Part shown: piece after piece, positions 46,472-55,800 of the stretch
Numbering within the stretch: the first letter of the stretch is position 1
How the letters are laid out: every line of letters begins with the position of its first letter
Assembly (NCBI GenBank): GCA_037130135.1
Contig: JBAXTO010000001.1
Span: 675,061-739,060 of the forward strand
Source of the DNA: Bacteroidota bacterium
GTDB lineage: Bacteria; Bacteroidota; Bacteroidia; Chitinophagales; CAMDFR01
DNA: 64,000 bases
Reading direction: 5' to 3'
Translations under genes and position numbers: made by a program
Notes under the pieces: model-generated
What the model was told of the DNA's origin: nothing
Database searches by the model: none
Seen by the model: the letters and a program-made list of their open reading frames with translations, nothing else

Positions 46472-47533
46472 TTAAGCAAGTGCTACGCCTTCTTTAGTGG
46501 CTCTATATTTATCTATTTGCTTATGCATCACATAAAACCATAAAGGCGGTATAAAAGCTAATAGAATCATCCCTGGATATCCTGTAGGCATTTGTGGACT
46601 GTCGTCAAAATGACGAAGCACTTGATATTTTCGTGAAGCCATATAATGATGATCCGAATGACGAGTTAATTCTAATAACAATATTCTTCCTAAAGTATGA
46701 TTGGAATTCCAGGAGTGTATAGGCATCACTTTTTCGTAATACGCATCACCTACTTTCTTTCTTTTTAAGCCGTAATGCTCAATATAATTGACTGTTTCGA
46801 GCAATAAAAATCCAATAGTAGAAGAACCTAAAAACCAACACATCACCTGCCAGTCAAATACAAAGAAAATGCTAATGACAATAGCAGCTTGAATCACTTG
46901 ATAAACCAACATTTCATTGTGATAACTCCAAAAAGATTGGCCAGTTTTACGCAATCGTTCTTTTTCTAAATGCCATGCAGAAAGCCAACTATAAACAACG
47001 CTTCTAAAATAAAAAGCATACAACGATTCGCCATATCTGCTCGATGCAGGGTCTTCATCTGTAGAAACATTTTTATGATGACCTCGATTATGTTCGATAA
47101 AAAAATGCATATACATAGTTGTAGCCAATAAGATTTTACTCATCAATTGTTCGTGCTTGGTATTTCTATGACCTAATTCATGAGCCGCATTGATGCCTAA
47201 TGCACCTGATGAAATTCCAAAGGAAATAAGCATTCCTATTTTTTCCCACCATACAAAAGAAACATCACTTACTCGATATAAAAAATAACCCATTAAAAAA
47301 ACTTGTATAGGCACTAATAACCAAATAATATAATCGTATATCTTATCATTTTTTGCTATCTCTTCTTCTACTTTACTCATATTCTCTGTAGTTCCTTTCA
47401 TGAAAAACTCGAAAGCAGGAATCATCATAAAAACATATACTGGTGCTAAAAACGACCATATACCTGCTTTATATAAAGAGATAAATACGATTATTGGAGA
47501 AACAAATACGAAAATATATTTTAAATATTTCAT
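46472..47533 (-). CDS. alkB: alkane 1-monooxygenase (AlkB-type membrane di-iron hydroxylase)
   Basis: 353 aa with all four AlkB signature boxes: HELGHR, EHNRGHH, NYIEHYG and LTRHSDHH. Confidence 0.85.
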   Translation of the reverse strand: MKYLKYIFVFVSPIIVFISLYKAGIWSFLAPVYVFMMIPAFEFFMKGTTENMSKVEEEIAKNDKIYDYIIWLLVPIQVFLMGYFLYRVSDVSFVWWEKIGMLISFGISSGALGINAAHELGHRNTKHEQLMSKILLATTMYMHFFIEHNRGHHKNVSTDEDPASSRYGESLYAFYFRSVVYSWLSAWHLEKERLRKTGQSFWSYHNEMLVYQVIQAAIVISIFFVFDWQVMCWFLGSSTIGFLLLETVNYIEHYGLKRKKVGDAYYEKVMPIHSWNSNHTLGRILLLELTRHSDHHYMASRKYQVLRHFDDSPQMPTGYPGMILLAFIPPLWFYVMHKQIDKYRATKEGVALA

Positions 47534-47544
47534 GTTTTGATTGT

Positions 47545-48555
47545 TTACTTTCTACCACTCAAGTTTTTAGGAATTCGACCATTTCGTATAGCTTCAGATC
47601 GTAATCTTCTACCTACAATACGTTCATTCATATTGCCAATTTCTAATAAACGATCTACGTTAATTCCAGTTTCAATGCCCATTTCATCCATCATCACCAC
47701 TAAATCTTCTGTACAAACTAATCCCACTAAATTTGGGTCTTTATAATAATATTCACCAGTACCTGAAACCGGAACGCCATCTACAAAATTGGCTGGCTGT
47801 CCACCTATACCCCCTAAAGTGGCTTCATAATTATTCATACCCGCTTGTAAGGCCGCTAAAACATTTGCCAAGCCCCAGCCTCGTAAGGTATGAAAATGTA
47901 CAATATGTTTATCTGGTGTTTGAAATTTATCTAATAGCATGCTGTAATAGGCATATACTCTATCGGGTGAGGCAGAACCATCATGATCGGCATGTTCAAT
48001 ATCTGTAGCTCCAATATCAAACCAACGTTGTGTGAATTCAATAGCTTTTTTCATATCCGTTGGACCTTCAATAGGACAGCCCCAAATAGTACTTACGGTG
48101 CCATTTACTTTCATCCCCGCATCTATTGCTTTAGGAATCCATTCTTCACACATTTTCCAATAATCAGCTAGACTTAAACCTGAATTTTTTTGATGATGAC
48201 TTTCTGAAGTGGATACCATGACGAGAATTCTATCTGGTCCCCAGCCTTCTTTTTTAGCCTGAATAGCTCTTTCTATTGCTTTTTCACGAATAGTAACAGC
48301 TGTTAGCTTTACATTTTTTAATTCTTGTTCTATTTTTTTAGATGCGCGAATACCTTTCATCACTTGTTCGGCATCTTTAAATTGCGGCATACCAATAGGA
48401 TTCCCCATATTAGTTACTTCAATATGCTTAAAACCAGCTAATATAAGCTGTTCAGCTAACCAAATTTTAGCATTTGTTGGTATATATTTTTCTTCATGTT
48501 GAAATCCATCCCTGATAGTTATATCCCCAATGGTAACTTTTTTTGGATAATTCAT
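47545..48555 (-). CDS. HMGL-like (DRE-TIM metallolyase) family lyase, HMG-CoA lyase-related
   Basis: 336 aa with an N-terminal ITIRDGFQHE motif and later FHTLRGWGLANVLAAL (HxH-type metal site). It lies 11 nt upstream of alkB on the same strand. Confidence 0.7.
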   Translation of the reverse strand: MNYPKKVTIGDITIRDGFQHEEKYIPTNAKIWLAEQLILAGFKHIEVTNMGNPIGMPQFKDAEQVMKGIRASKKIEQELKNVKLTAVTIREKAIERAIQAKKEGWGPDRILVMVSTSESHHQKNSGLSLADYWKMCEEWIPKAIDAGMKVNGTVSTIWGCPIEGPTDMKKAIEFTQRWFDIGATDIEHADHDGSASPDRVYAYYSMLLDKFQTPDKHIVHFHTLRGWGLANVLAALQAGMNNYEATLGGIGGQPANFVDGVPVSGTGEYYYKDPNLVGLVCTEDLVVMMDEMGIETGINVDRLLEIGNMNERIVGRRLRSEAIRNGRIPKNLSGRK

Positions 48556-48622
48556 ACTGCTATTTGTTTAAAACAAATATACTATTTTCAATTGAATTAA
48601 TAGTTGATGTTCCTCAAAAGAT

Positions 48623-49894
48623 TTAAGCTCGAACCAATTCTATCTTAGTAATTTCAGGCAAAATACCTATTCTACCTGGATACCCTAAAAATCCAAATCC
48701 TCTATTTACATAAATAAACTGATTCCCTTTTTGATATAATCCAGCCCATTGTTTGTATACCCATTGAGATGGACTAAATTTAAAATATTTAGTTTCAATA
48801 CCCATTTGGAATCCATGTGTATGACCGCTAAACATCACATCAATGTCTTTATAATCTTTACGTACTTCTAAATCCCAATGAGATGGATCATGTGATAATA
48901 ATAATTTTACATGCGCATTTTCAGCACCTACATAGGCCTCTTTCATTTTTCCATATTTGGGAAAACGTAAATTACCTCCCCAATTTTCAATACCTATAAT
49001 TGCCAGTGTATCTTCTCCCCTTTTGATAATACGATTTTCGTTCATCAAAATATCCCATCCCATATCTTTGTGTGTCTGCACTAATGCACTGAAATTTTTT
49101 GCCTTGGCTGTTACTGATTCCCATTGAACATAATCTCCATAATCATGATTTCCTGTAACACTAAATACTCCCAACGGTGCTTTTAAGGTACTAAACAATT
49201 CTTTATAATCGTCTACTTCGGGTGTCATATCATTTACCAAATCTCCTGTAAAAAATATGACATCTGATTTTAGCTCATTGGCTAGCTCAATACCTTTAGC
49301 AACGGCTTGTTTATCCGCTAAACTGCCACTATGAATATCACTTAATTGTGTGATAGTAAAACCTTCAAAACTAGCTGGTAAATTTTTGATTGGAATTTTA
49401 ATATGATGAACCAAATATCTATATGGATTACGTAATACCCCATTTAAGGATGCTAAAAAGGGAATGGCGGCTGCAATGATGGCAGTGGTTTTCAGAAATT
49501 TAGAACGAGTGATTAATTCAGCACCTTCTATCAACTCTGGATTTTGACCCATATGTAAAAATCCTTTCATTTTAAAAAATGTCCATCTCCCTGCATTAAT
49601 CATATCTACAGGTAAATAGAATAATAAAATCACCATTTTGAAAAACAAAAAAGATATAAATAAACCTGCTACTATGCTTCTAAATCCTAATGGAATGGAA
49701 TGAAAATAGCCTAGTCCACGTGCGATAAACATGATAAATGTAATAGCTGTAATAGACCAATATATAATAAAGAAAACTTTTCTTAAATAAGTATTCCATG
49801 ATTCTGTAAGGCTTCTAAGAGCATTATTAGCATGAACTTCGGCAAGAATATAGATGAATAAAAATAAAAGATTAAATAAAATAAACTTGGTCAT
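48623..49894 (-). CDS. membrane-anchored metallophosphoesterase (YkuE-like)
   Basis: 423 aa with an N-terminal TM region, then DIHSG, FFTGDLVND, GNHDY and SGHTHG motifs. Confidence 0.8.
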   Translation of the reverse strand: MTKFILFNLLFLFIYILAEVHANNALRSLTESWNTYLRKVFFIIYWSITAITFIMFIARGLGYFHSIPLGFRSIVAGLFISFLFFKMVILLFYLPVDMINAGRWTFFKMKGFLHMGQNPELIEGAELITRSKFLKTTAIIAAAIPFLASLNGVLRNPYRYLVHHIKIPIKNLPASFEGFTITQLSDIHSGSLADKQAVAKGIELANELKSDVIFFTGDLVNDMTPEVDDYKELFSTLKAPLGVFSVTGNHDYGDYVQWESVTAKAKNFSALVQTHKDMGWDILMNENRIIKRGEDTLAIIGIENWGGNLRFPKYGKMKEAYVGAENAHVKLLLSHDPSHWDLEVRKDYKDIDVMFSGHTHGFQMGIETKYFKFSPSQWVYKQWAGLYQKGNQFIYVNRGFGFLGYPGRIGILPEITKIELVRA

Positions 49895-49912
49895 ATTAAT
49901 TAATTATCGATG

Positions 49913-49920
49913 TAAATTTG
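49913..49920 (+). promoter_or_regulatory. candidate -7 promoter element (TAAATTTG)
   Basis: Matches TAnnTTTG, 29 nt upstream of the ATG at 49950. A TTG lies 23 nt upstream. Confidence 0.3.
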
Positions 49921-49949
49921 CATATTATTTTATACAAATACATATATGC

Positions 49950-51632
49950 ATGCGAAATAGTTCATTTATTACGTTTATTTTATTGATTTTTAGTTTTTAT
50001 AACTCTATTCAAGCACAATTATTAGATGGCATGCCAAGTAGCTTTTCGCACGCAGATAGTTTACGAGGTGGTATTAGACCTGAGCGTACTTGTTATGATG
50101 TTACCTATTATGATTTAAATATTACCCTAGATATTCCAACTAGAAGTATTAGTGGTTCTAATAAGATTTATTTTACTACACGAGCTACTTTCTATAAACT
50201 TCAACTAGATTTATTTGAAAATATGATTATTGATAAAATAGTTTATAATAACAATATGCTTTCTTATACCCGTGATGCGAATGCGGTATTTGTTATGATG
50301 AACGATACGATTCGAAAAAATACCAAAGGGATGTTAGAAGTTTTTTATCATGGAAATCCAATCATTGCGAAACGTGCTCCATGGGATGGTGGATTTGTTT
50401 TTACTAAAGACAAAGATGGTAAAGACTGGATAGCTGTGGCTTGCGAAGGTACTGGTGCTAGTTTATGGTGGCCTTGTAAAGAATTATTAGCTGACGAACC
50501 AGATAGTATGGAACTAACCTGTACCTATACTAAAGAGTTATTTTTTGTGGGTAATGGACAAATGATTTCTGATAAAATAAATACTGATAATTCAACTAGA
50601 ACCACTACCTGGAAAGTTACATACCCCATCAATAATTATAATCTAACCTTGAATATTGGTAATTACAAAAATATTCATGATGTATATCATAGCACTAAAT
50701 TGAATAGTGATTTAGCAATAGATTATTATGTGATGCCATATAACTATGATAAGGCAATTACTCACTTCAAACAGGTTAAACCTATGTTAAGCATCTATGA
50801 AAAATATTTGGGACCTTATCCATTTTGGAATGATGGATACGCATTAGTTGAAACGCCTTATTTAGGAATGGAACATCAAAGTGCAATTGCTTATGGCAAT
50901 GATTATAAAACAGGTTATGCGGGAAGAGATTATTCGCGTATAGGTCTAGATTTTGATTATATCATCATACATGAAAGTGGACATGAATGGTGGGGCAATA
51001 GTGTGAGTTGTAAAGATATTGCCGACTTATGGATACATGAAGGATTTTGCACTTATACGGAAGCACTTTATGTAGAAGGCATGTATGGAAAAAAGAAAGC
51101 ACAAGAATATATTAATGCCAAGAAACCTGAAATATCGAATAAGGAAGCCATACAAGGTGTTTATGGCGTTAATAATGAAGGAAGTGGTGAAATGTATAGC
51201 AAAGGAATGTTATTCTTAAATACCCTTCGTACTGCCATTAATAATGACTCTTTATGGTTTGCTTCTATTTATAAACTATTGAATGATGACTTATATCACA
51301 GAAATGTTGATTATAATGAGATAGTACGTGTGATGGAACAGAATACTCGAAAATTTATTAGACCCCTATTTGATCAATATATACAGCATGCGAATATTCC
51401 ATTACTTATTTATAAAGTGGAAGATAAAAATCGCTTTATGAAAACGATTTATTATAAATGGCAAACGGATGTTCCCAATTTTCAAATGCGATTCTATTTT
51501 ACCTATAATAACAAAAAAGAGGATGCTATGGCAACTAACGAATGGAGAAGTTTCGATTTCAAGGCCAAAAAAATAAAAAAATTAATTGTCGATCAAGAGC
51601 GCATGTATATTAATGTACAGGAGCTAAAGTAA
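49950..51632 (+). CDS. M1-family zinc metallopeptidase (aminopeptidase N-like), secreted
   Basis: HESGHEWWGN (HExxH) plus WIHEGFCTYTE (third ligand). The start was moved from 49854 to Met33 (MRNSSFITFILLIFSFYNSIQA signal), because the ORF-track start overlaps the divergent gene. Confidence 0.8.
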   Translation: MRNSSFITFILLIFSFYNSIQAQLLDGMPSSFSHADSLRGGIRPERTCYDVTYYDLNITLDIPTRSISGSNKIYFTTRATFYKLQLDLFENMIIDKIVYNNNMLSYTRDANAVFVMMNDTIRKNTKGMLEVFYHGNPIIAKRAPWDGGFVFTKDKDGKDWIAVACEGTGASLWWPCKELLADEPDSMELTCTYTKELFFVGNGQMISDKINTDNSTRTTTWKVTYPINNYNLTLNIGNYKNIHDVYHSTKLNSDLAIDYYVMPYNYDKAITHFKQVKPMLSIYEKYLGPYPFWNDGYALVETPYLGMEHQSAIAYGNDYKTGYAGRDYSRIGLDFDYIIIHESGHEWWGNSVSCKDIADLWIHEGFCTYTEALYVEGMYGKKKAQEYINAKKPEISNKEAIQGVYGVNNEGSGEMYSKGMLFLNTLRTAINNDSLWFASIYKLLNDDLYHRNVDYNEIVRVMEQNTRKFIRPLFDQYIQHANIPLLIYKVEDKNRFMKTIYYKWQTDVPNFQMRFYFTYNNKKEDAMATNEWRSFDFKAKKIKKLIVDQERMYINVQELK

Positions 51633-51713
51633 GTTTAATTTTAATGCCTCTTGCTAAAATTATTTATAATTAAAATAAAAAAATTATATTTGATAAATCA
51701 AAAAAAAAAAAAT

Positions 51714-52412
51714 ATGAAAAAACTAATTATTTGCTTATTCTTTTTAAGCGCTAGCATATCGATTTTTGCACAGGATGATTTCGATAAAGGGTATGATCTT
51801 TATAAAAACAAAGACTATAAAGGTGCTATTCTAGCTTATACAAAATATATATCAACAAACACTAAAGATGAAGGTGCTTACTTTAATAGAGGTTTAGCTT
51901 ATTATGCTTTAGATGATTATAATATGGCACTTATTGATTTTGAAATGGCTGCTAAAGTAAAAGTTGATTATTATAAAGCGTATTATCAAATTGGTCTTTG
52001 TAAAGAAGAATTAAAAGAATACAATGAAGCCTTAGTTAATTATACAATCTCAATTGGTTTTAAACCAGATTATCAATTAGCTTATGCAGGTAGAGGTTCT
52101 TGCAAATACAATATGAAAGATTATTCTGGTTCTGTAAATGATTACGAAAAAGCTATTCAACTTGATCCACAAGACGAAAGTGCTTATTTAGGCAGAGGAT
52201 TATCTTATCATTATTTAAAATTATATGCACAAGCAATTGACGACTTTAATAAATCTTTAAGTATAAATCCAAATTATTCTTATGCTTATACTGATAGAGG
52301 CTTATCTAATTACGAATTAGGGAATAAAACTAAAGCTTGTGACGATTGGAGAATGGGTGCTTCTTTAGGCTCTACTACTAGTAAAAATAACTTAAGAGAT
52401 TTTTGTAAATAA
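51714..52412 (+). CDS. TPR-repeat protein, secreted
   Basis: Start moved to Met22 (MKKLIICLFFLSASISIFAQ). About 6 TPR units follow (AYFNRGLAY.., AYAGRGSCKY.., AYLGRGLSYH.., AYTDRGLSNY..). Confidence 0.8.
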   Translation: MKKLIICLFFLSASISIFAQDDFDKGYDLYKNKDYKGAILAYTKYISTNTKDEGAYFNRGLAYYALDDYNMALIDFEMAAKVKVDYYKAYYQIGLCKEELKEYNEALVNYTISIGFKPDYQLAYAGRGSCKYNMKDYSGSVNDYEKAIQLDPQDESAYLGRGLSYHYLKLYAQAIDDFNKSLSINPNYSYAYTDRGLSNYELGNKTKACDDWRMGASLGSTTSKNNLRDFCK

Positions 52413-52468
52413 TAATTAGTTGTATACTACTAATGAATTGATACAAGTCAATTAGTAAACTAAATTAT

Positions 52469-52502
52469 AAAACCGAAGTACTAAAATTACTTCGGTTTTT
52501 TT
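52469..52502 (+). terminator. rho-independent terminator after the TPR gene
   Basis: 10-bp stem aaccgaagta / tacttcggtt with a 7-nt loop, followed by a T-run. Confidence 0.7.
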
Positions 52503-52832
52503 ATGTGATTAATTACTACTTTATTATATAATTTTAAATGTTACGTTTGAAATGTATATAAAAAACTGATTAATACATAGTAAGCATTAATCTGTAGATA
52601 ATGTCGTTGAACCTATCATTATTGTTTTGAAATAGTTGTAATTTAATACTAGTTAACATACTTACAACCCAATAGATTAGACACATACACAATTATTATT
52701 CCTGATTTAATTACGCTTATTTTATATATATTTTTTGAATAAAAGATAGTATCCTTTATTACTTATTATTACGACAACTTAATATACCATATCTAAAACA
52801 AATAATACTTTATAAATCAAACGCATAAACAT

Positions 52833-52865
52833 AAAAAAAAGTCGTCGCACAAATTGTGCGACGAC
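52833..52865 (-). terminator. rho-independent terminator after the 1832-aa cargo gene
   Basis: 10-bp GC-rich stem gtcgtcgcac / gtgcgacgac with a 5-nt loop. On the minus strand it is followed by a run of 8 U. Confidence 0.75.
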
Positions 52866-52894
52866 TCACTATAAACACTTAAAAAAAAGATTTA

Positions 52895-55800
52895 TTATCT
52901 AGTCTCTACCATCAATTTTCTAGTCTGCATATAATCACCTGCTTGTACTTTCACAAAGTACACACCTGCACTATATTGATTCAAATTGATTGTATAAGTT
53001 CCACTCATCGCCGGATTACTTACTTGATCTGTCATCATTACTTTTCCTTGTGCATCTAATACTTGAATGCTCATTACATCACTTGCTTTCTCTAGCGTAT
53101 AACTTAATGTCGCTTCTGTATTAGCTGGATTTGGATAGATGCTCAATGCTCCTTCTGTTGCTGTAGCTACTGTTGGTGTAATATCTCTACCAAAGTAGGT
53201 ATTCGCATCCATTGTTTCTAAGGTAATCGTTTGCTCATTTGGATTAGTAGCGTCAAATGGTAAGTCCATCGCATTGAATGGTAAACCATATACTACTGTT
53301 CCATTTGGCATGATATACGCCACGTCTTTATCTTCATCCACTTGCTCTGTTGCATTTGGATTAGCTGTACGTAAGGATGCACAAACCGTATAAGAACTGA
53401 TAGCACTTGAATCCACTTTAGCTGTTCCACAATATGCAACTACGTAGAACTGATATGTTCTTCCTAATAATAAAGCTGGACTTGTATAGGTTTGTGTAGA
53501 AGGTGAAGTATAATAAGCTGGTGACATAAGCACAACACTACTTCCTATTTGACGACGTATTACTCTATAACTTGAATAAGCTAATGAAGTAGCATTAAAG
53601 CTAATTGTAGGTGTATTACAAGGTGTAGTTGCTATCACAGATACTATACTTGGTGATGTTCCTACACAACTTGATGAAGTAGTAAATGTTCCTTTTTTAC
53701 TCCACCATCTTCCTCCATTACCACATACATAAGATGCCCAATATTCGTAATTCGTACCTGGTAATAAACCTGTAATTGTATACGTACTACTTGGACCTGC
53801 AATATATGCATAAGTACCACCTACTGTTGGGCCTGCTCCTACTGGTCTCCACTGAATATATGCACCTGAAATACCACCCCAAGGAGAAATCATAGTCGTA
53901 GTCCAATCAACAACTGCAGAACCTGATCCTACAGAACTTACAGATGGAACGAAAGGTTCAGCATCGATAATTAAACCAAAGTTACCACTTGCAGTACCTA
54001 CTCCTGATGTTTGGATATATAAATCTTCACCTGGTGCATATTGATTTGTAGTTGGAGTAGCACTGTTTGGAGTTAATACTACAGTTGAATTATTAGTTGC
54101 ACCTGTATTTAAGTAATAGTTTGCATTATCATTACATGCAATCTCAGTATAGCCTCCTGAGCAACTTGTTGGCACTACTCTTCTATACACAGAAATACGT
54201 GTATTAAAGTTAGTTGTACTTCTATCATCAGTAGAGACATAAACTGAAGGTGTAGCGCAGAATGGAGCTGTAAATTTATACCATAAGGTTTTATTATTCG
54301 TTCCTGAAGTACCACAACTACCAATAGGTTCACCTACTTGGAAAGTTGAATAACCATTATTATTATAAACTGTATCAGTATGTGTATTGATATTGGCATA
54401 ACCAACAGCTGAATAAGGAATAGTAGATGTAACTCCAGCTGTAACATTTACTGGATAGCACATATTATCGTGACGAGGGGCTGCAGGACAACCACCAACA
54501 CCAGGCGCATAAATAAATAAATTTAAAGTAAGGAATGAATCACAACCATAAAAACTTGTTAAAGTATCTAAGTAAGTTCCCGCATCGGTTAAACTTAACC
54601 CATTAAATAAATAAGAAGTTCCTCCACAAATACCATGACTAAATGAACCTGTAGATAGAGCTCTAACAATTAAATTTAATGTAACGAATGAATCACATCC
54701 ATTAAATCCAACTAAGGTATCTAAATAAGATCCTGCTGAAGATAAGTTAACACCATTAAATAAATAAGAAGTACCTGGACAAATAGTTTGTGAAAATGAA
54801 CCTGATGAAGTTGGTTTTAGTGATAAATTTAATGTAAGGAATGAATCACATCCATTAGATCCAACTAATGTATCTAAATAAGATCCAGCTGAAGTTAAAT
54901 TAACTCCATTATATAAATAAGATGTACCAGGACAAATACTTTGAGAGAATGAACCAGATGATGTTGGTTTAATTGATAAATTTAATGTAAGGAATGAATC
55001 ACATGAATTAGAACCGACTAAAGTATCTAAATAAGTACCTGCTGAAGTCAAGTTTACACCATTAAATAAATATGATGTACCAGGGCAAATACTTTGAGAG
55101 AATGAACCAGATGTAGGCAATTTTATAACAACTGATACTATATTAGAAAACGAACTACAAGTACTGGTAATTTCACAATAATAAAAAGTAGTACCTGAAC
55201 TAGTAGTAGAAGGTGTATAGGTATTAGTTGTAGCTGATGGAATTAAAGTAGCACCTATAGTTGATGAGATTGTATTTGAATACCATTTATAAGTTAAACC
55301 TGAACCAGAAGCAACAACAGTTAAATTTGTTGGTGTTGAATTTAAACAAACTGATTGTGTAGCTAATGGTTGAGAAGTGATACTTGGTGGTCCAAGTGGT
55401 GCATCTAATATTGAAATTATTTTTGGTGTAGAACCAGTGATTGGATTTACTGTACTAACAGAACCAGTTGACCATATTCCATCTGTATCAGTAGAATAAC
55501 ATTGAATATTATTATTAAAATCTCTTTGTTCAATTCTTTGGATACCGTTTGCATTATTATTTGGAATAATTGCATTCCAACCACCAGTACTAACTGTATA
55601 ACCAGTAATAACACTTGCAATAGTTGGGTCAATAGCATTTACTGGAGAAATATATACAGGTTTACCAGTACCAGCTGTATTATCATAAATAGCTACAAAA
55701 TTTCTTGGGATAGCATTAGAAGTATTTTCTTTTAAGAATGTACCATTATTTGCACCAGCTGAAGTTGCATAGGTTAATACTTTTAATGAATCATTCAGAA

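Noticed and set aside
49854-49949. N-terminal extensions given by the ORF track: 49854 for the M1 peptidase, 51651 for the TPR gene, 62302 for the YjiK-like gene and 16075 for MarR.
   Set aside because: The extensions overlap neighbouring genes or repeat tracts and encode junk-like AT-rich peptides. Internal Met codons give proper signal peptides and sensible intergenic spacing.
52503-52832. A 330-bp gene-free stretch between two convergent terminators, considered as a possible sRNA or small ORF.
   Set aside because: The longest ATG ORF seen is 9 codons. No conserved-looking stem-loops or promoter motif were recognised, and AT-rich spacers of this size are common between convergent genes. 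This cannot be excluded without expression data.
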